Assembly: GCA_051747805.1 (NCBI GenBank)
Contig: JBNJGP010000046.1
Span: 1-22,401, forward strand
Direction of reading: 5' to 3'
Length of the DNA stretch: 22,401 bases
DNA from: Candidatus Muiribacteriota bacterium
GTDB lineage: Bacteria > Muiribacteriota > Muiribacteriia > Muiribacteriales > Muiribacteriaceae
Shown: piece after piece, positions 18,774 to 22,401 of the stretch
Layout: the number at the start of each line of letters is the position of its first letter
Numbering within the stretch: position 1 is the first letter of the stretch
Notes under the pieces: generated by a model
The model's input: only the letters and a program-made list of their open reading frames with translations
Told to the model about the DNA's origin: nothing
Database searches by the model: none
Translations under genes and position numbers: made by a program

Positions 18774-21700
18774 TTAACTGCTCCATAGTTTTTAGTGAGT
18801 CATAATCTGCTGTTAAAACCAGTTCCCACAACATCAGATAAAAAGCGAAAACATCATCGCCAATATATAAAATGTACCCAACCTGCTTTGTAACAGGCAT
18901 ATATTCACTATCAAATTCTTCTTTTAAATATTTCATAAAATTATTAAGAATACCTTTTTCCCTTGCTTCGAGTCGACAAATTTGGGCAAACAGAGACAAA
19001 AAGCTTATCATCCATAAAATATGCTCTTTTTCAGTTTCTGAATTTTCGTTTTCAAAAAGCCAGTCTAAATCATGGGGAATCCCAAGATAATTCTTTTCCA
19101 ATACATTATCAGGAAATGCAGACTCAGAATATAGATCTGCATTTATTTTCATCATTTTTTTAAGTAAAGAAAGCACATTGCCTTTAAGACCTTCATCAGT
19201 CTCTTTATTCCTGTATTTATTAATAAGATTTGAAACTGAATGGAGATAGTGAGGTTTGCCAAGAAAAGAACCTTTCCCGGGAATCCAATTTTCATAATTT
19301 AAATTAAGTTTTTCAAAAAAACTATTAATGGCTTGAAAATATGCATTAAAATTAAAATCTTTTGGTTCAATATTCTCATTCCTCTCTACTTCAGAAACAT
19401 TTTTAAATCCAAACAATGCAGCCTGATTAACATCAAATTCTGAAAAAACAGACCGTAAATGCTTTAAAATTTTATAATTTTTAAAAACTGAAGCATAAGC
19501 TGTGGTTATTTCTCCTTTGATTTTATATTGATTTTTATCCATGGAAAAAATATGTGGAACTTCTGCAGCAGGGAAATACTTTGGCAAGAGATTATCTTTT
19601 TGGGCATCTTCAGGCCACTCTGTTACAGCCCTTAATAAAACAGAAATCATTTTTGGATCATTTATTAATGGAATATAATCATTAACTAAAAGCAGCCATA
19701 TTTTTTTTAACCATTTCAGAGTTTTCCATGCTTCAATGGTATAATAAAGAGAAATCCTGTAATTAACTCTTTTAAAAAAATCTATAAGATACTGATGATT
19801 ATCAAAGATAAAGGTTTGATAAAAATACCCTGCAATATCTTCCGGCAAGGAATTTTTTCCAAACGCACAAATTTCATCATCACTATTTATTAAATCTCCC
19901 CATCTGCCTGAAGCTTTTACCCTTAGGTTTACAATCCATAAACCTGCAGGCCATTGCCCACCATCTATGTAAAAAGAAACCTTTTTTTCATTTTCAACAA
20001 ATAAATGAGCATTAAGAGTATCAAATATTTTAAAAGATTGATTTTCTATATTGAAGTCTCGGCTAATAAACCTGCCATCTAAAATATCTATAATATCAAG
20101 CCTTAATATTTCAATTTTTTCAGCAAGTTCAAACTCAATTTTTTCACCATATTCATCAGACTGACATTTAAAATACTCTGCCGTAAAAGGAGTAACAATC
20201 TCTATTAAGGCCTCTTTTTCCTGCATACCTTCAAAATGAATATTTAAAATATTATTGTCAGGATCGATATGATCAAACAAACTTAAAACAGGTATTTTTT
20301 CACAGTTACGTTTTTCAAAGTCAAGACCACGTATATATTTATGACCAAGACTTAAACCTCCTCTGCCTTCACCATAAATATTTAAAATTTTACTAGATTT
20401 TGAATCTATGGACACACATGAACCCAATGAAATATTTTTTTCAAGCCTATCTTTATCTTTATAATCGGTAATACTTAAAAAAATACCCGGAACAGACCAG
20501 GTTAAAACAAAAAGTTCTTTACCTGATTGATCTTGATTTAATTTAAATATCAGTTTAAAAAATCTTAAATTTTCATCTTTAAAACTGAGATATTCTTTAT
20601 CTTCATTCTTATAAAAATTTTCCGAAAGATCATCATCAAGATTAAAAGGATATTTCTCATATATAAAAACAGAATTTTTAATTTCTCTTAAGCCATTCCA
20701 AATAAAACATGAGGTTCTTGCAAGGGTTTTTAAGTCCCCTTTCCTTTTAAGCTCAACAGAAAGCCTTGATAAGCCACCTTTCCATCTTTTTAAAAGAGAT
20801 GAAATTTCCTTTTTTTTATCGTCCTGTTCATCAATATTTAAATCTATGTAAATTTGATCCCCTAAAATATCAGATTCAAGACAAAGGGTATACTCACTAC
20901 CATGACTTCTGAATTCTTCTGGAATATTTACTTCTGCAATTAATCTGTGAGATGAAAAAAATTTTCTGCCGTTGACACCCGAATATGATTCACCATCTAT
21001 AATAACCGATGGTTTTTTCTCTCCCTGCAAGCATATTTTTGCAGGGCCTTTTTCTATATAAAAACTTTCTCCTGGGGGGATATTAATATTTTTAAGATAA
21101 ATAGAGGGTTCTTCTGAAAAACAATCAATTTCATTACAATTGGTAGGTTTGAATCTCAGCATTAAAATATAATTACCTGCATCCAGTTCTATTAAACCAT
21201 CACCAAGTGAAGAGGACTTAACAAATCTTCCTGAACTTCTAGAAAAAATTAAAAATTCATTTTTTCTACCTTCAGGCCAGAGACTAAATTTCCACTGTCT
21301 TTTGTCTTTATTTTTTATAATAATCTCTTTGTTTAAACTGCCTGGTTCAAAAGGCAAAAAATAATCTTCTGCATACCCTTTAAACTTATTATTATAATCA
21401 TTGCAATTAATCTCCCAGATCTCATCTTCACCTGCAGGCAGAATGATTCCATACTCATAATCTTTAAATACGATATAAGGAATTTTAGATTTTTTTAGAT
21501 TTTTTTTAACAGTCTGATTTTTTATTTGGCTTAAGACCACCTTTCCAAAAAAAGATAAATTATTATTTTCATTTAAATCAGAGTTATAAGCTTTAAAAAA
21601 AGTTCTTAAATAGTATGAATTATCATCCCTTTCTATTGCTTCTCTGGCTATTTTTGAAAAAGGTGGTTTAAGTGTATTTTCAAAATCTTTCTGCCAAAAT

Positions 21701-22224
21701 TTCATATCTTCTGTGTCATTAATTTCAGGTAATCCATATTTTGATGAAAACTCAATAGCTTTGTTGCAAAAATCTTTAATATAATTATCCGGAAGTCCAA
21801 CCTGATAAAGAAACTCTTTGGTTATATAATGTACGCCTGAAGTTCTGGATGAAACATTAAGTCCCAGTTTTATACAGGCTCTTCTGAAATGATGCCATAA
21901 TTTCTCTTTTTGAGTCTGTGTTTTTATCTTAGTTCCAAAAATATTTTTTTCTATTATTGGGTAAACTTCATAATGTTCAGACTCACCATAATTATCTTTA
22001 AGTTCTATTGTTAAAAGAGAGGCTGATAAAGCAGGAAATTTTTCTAGAAACCATATAAACCTGGCAATTGGATCATTATCTTTTTTTATATATAAAACTA
22101 AAGTTTTTTTTAATTTCGTTTCGAAAAATTTTTCAAATAATCCGAGAAATGGCTGATCACTTTTTGATATATCTTTTTTCAAATTATTATCTTTTAATTC
22201 AAACATTCTTTCTAAATGTACCAA
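18766..22224 (-). CDS. Large protein of unknown function, partner of the DUF1998 helicase (DruH-like by size and position)
   Basis: 1152-aa ORF overlapping the helicase start by 8 nt. The start is either TTG 22224 (GGGGG just upstream) or ATG 22206. No NTPase or nuclease motif recognised. The CDS is secure but the family call is tentative. Confidence 0.75.
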   Translation of the reverse strand: MVHLERMFELKDNNLKKDISKSDQPFLGLFEKFFETKLKKTLVLYIKKDNDPIARFIWFLEKFPALSASLLTIELKDNYGESEHYEVYPIIEKNIFGTKIKTQTQKEKLWHHFRRACIKLGLNVSSRTSGVHYITKEFLYQVGLPDNYIKDFCNKAIEFSSKYGLPEINDTEDMKFWQKDFENTLKPPFSKIAREAIERDDNSYYLRTFFKAYNSDLNENNNLSFFGKVVLSQIKNQTVKKNLKKSKIPYIVFKDYEYGIILPAGEDEIWEINCNDYNNKFKGYAEDYFLPFEPGSLNKEIIIKNKDKRQWKFSLWPEGRKNEFLIFSRSSGRFVKSSSLGDGLIELDAGNYILMLRFKPTNCNEIDCFSEEPSIYLKNINIPPGESFYIEKGPAKICLQGEKKPSVIIDGESYSGVNGRKFFSSHRLIAEVNIPEEFRSHGSEYTLCLESDILGDQIYIDLNIDEQDDKKKEISSLLKRWKGGLSRLSVELKRKGDLKTLARTSCFIWNGLREIKNSVFIYEKYPFNLDDDLSENFYKNEDKEYLSFKDENLRFFKLIFKLNQDQSGKELFVLTWSVPGIFLSITDYKDKDRLEKNISLGSCVSIDSKSSKILNIYGEGRGGLSLGHKYIRGLDFEKRNCEKIPVLSLFDHIDPDNNILNIHFEGMQEKEALIEIVTPFTAEYFKCQSDEYGEKIEFELAEKIEILRLDIIDILDGRFISRDFNIENQSFKIFDTLNAHLFVENEKKVSFYIDGGQWPAGLWIVNLRVKASGRWGDLINSDDEICAFGKNSLPEDIAGYFYQTFIFDNHQYLIDFFKRVNYRISLYYTIEAWKTLKWLKKIWLLLVNDYIPLINDPKMISVLLRAVTEWPEDAQKDNLLPKYFPAAEVPHIFSMDKNQYKIKGEITTAYASVFKNYKILKHLRSVFSEFDVNQAALFGFKNVSEVERNENIEPKDFNFNAYFQAINSFFEKLNLNYENWIPGKGSFLGKPHYLHSVSNLINKYRNKETDEGLKGNVLSLLKKMMKINADLYSESAFPDNVLEKNYLGIPHDLDWLFENENSETEKEHILWMISFLSLFAQICRLEAREKGILNNFMKYLKEEFDSEYMPVTKQVGYILYIGDDVFAFYLMLWELVLTADYDSLKTMEQLNV

Positions 22225-22264
22225 AAAACCCCCAAATTATTTTTTAACAATATATTTATTTTAC

Positions 22265-22294
22265 ATCATAGCAACGGTTACACAAAATGAGACC
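22265..22294 (-). promoter_or_regulatory. Candidate operator (imperfect inverted repeat) plus extended -10 promoter for the 1152-aa/helicase operon
   Basis: The minus strand reads GGTCTCA-ttttg-TGTAACC (22294-22276, arms match 5/7), then gt, then TGcTATGAT (22273-22265), about 40 nt upstream of the start codon. Confidence 0.45.
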
Positions 22295-22401
22295 TCAAAA
22301 ACTTTTTTTATAATTTTTCAAACTATTTTCAATTTTATCAACAACAATTTTTCTTAAAAAATCAGGAGACTCAACTACAACACTTTGTCCATGTCTTAAG
22401 A
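22295..22401 (-). CDS. 3' end of a probable WYL-domain transcriptional regulator (WCX C-terminal domain), truncated by the window edge
   Basis: Manual translation of 22399-22295 gives LRHGQSVVVESPDFLRKIVVDKIENSLKNYKKSF*. This matches the L-x-x-G-x-x-V-x-V-x-x-P-x-x-LR...Y ending typical of HTH-WYL-WCX proteins. Only 34 aa are visible and it is absent from the ORF track. Confidence 0.7.
   Translation of the reverse strand, partial: LRHGQSVVVESPDFLRKIVVDKIENSLKNYKKSF

Larger units (their letters stand above)
1..22401. other. Anti-phage defence island (type I RM + Hhe-like + Druantia-like, WYL-associated); boundaries lie outside the window
   Basis: Every large gene that can be assigned a family belongs to a defence-associated family. 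There are three helicase/nuclease machines in 22 kb. Confidence 0.85.

Noticed and set aside
13318..19163. Plus-strand short ORFs within the two large minus-strand genes
   Set aside because: Antisense shadows with S/F/L-rich composition typical of the reverse frame.
1..22401. Mobile element, tRNA/rRNA, CRISPR array or integron attC sites
   Set aside because: No transposase/integrase motifs, RNA gene signatures or periodic repeats were found by eye in any intergenic region.

Overview
AT-rich (roughly 30% GC by eye) bacterial defence island with no recognisable housekeeping genes. The left arm (+) holds the 3' end of hsdM, then hsdS and hsdR of a type I restriction-modification system, a 297-aa orphan and a possible gene relic. 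Next come a small (-) zinc-ribbon/YbjN-like gene and, divergent from it, a 1820-aa DUF4011-SF1 helicase-Vsr-like fusion (Hhe-type defence protein). The right arm (-) starts with the 3' end of a probable WYL/WCX regulator that the ORF track missed, followed by a candidate operator and extended -10 promoter. Downstream is a coupled two-gene unit: a 1152-aa protein of unknown function and a 1982-aa SF2 DEAH/DUF1998 helicase with a PLD-like C-terminal tail. This unit resembles Druantia type III (DruH/DruE) but may be a distinct YprA-family system, and it is the best novelty candidate. No RNA genes, CRISPR arrays, transposases or integrases were seen. All family calls come from reading motifs by eye, not from database searches.
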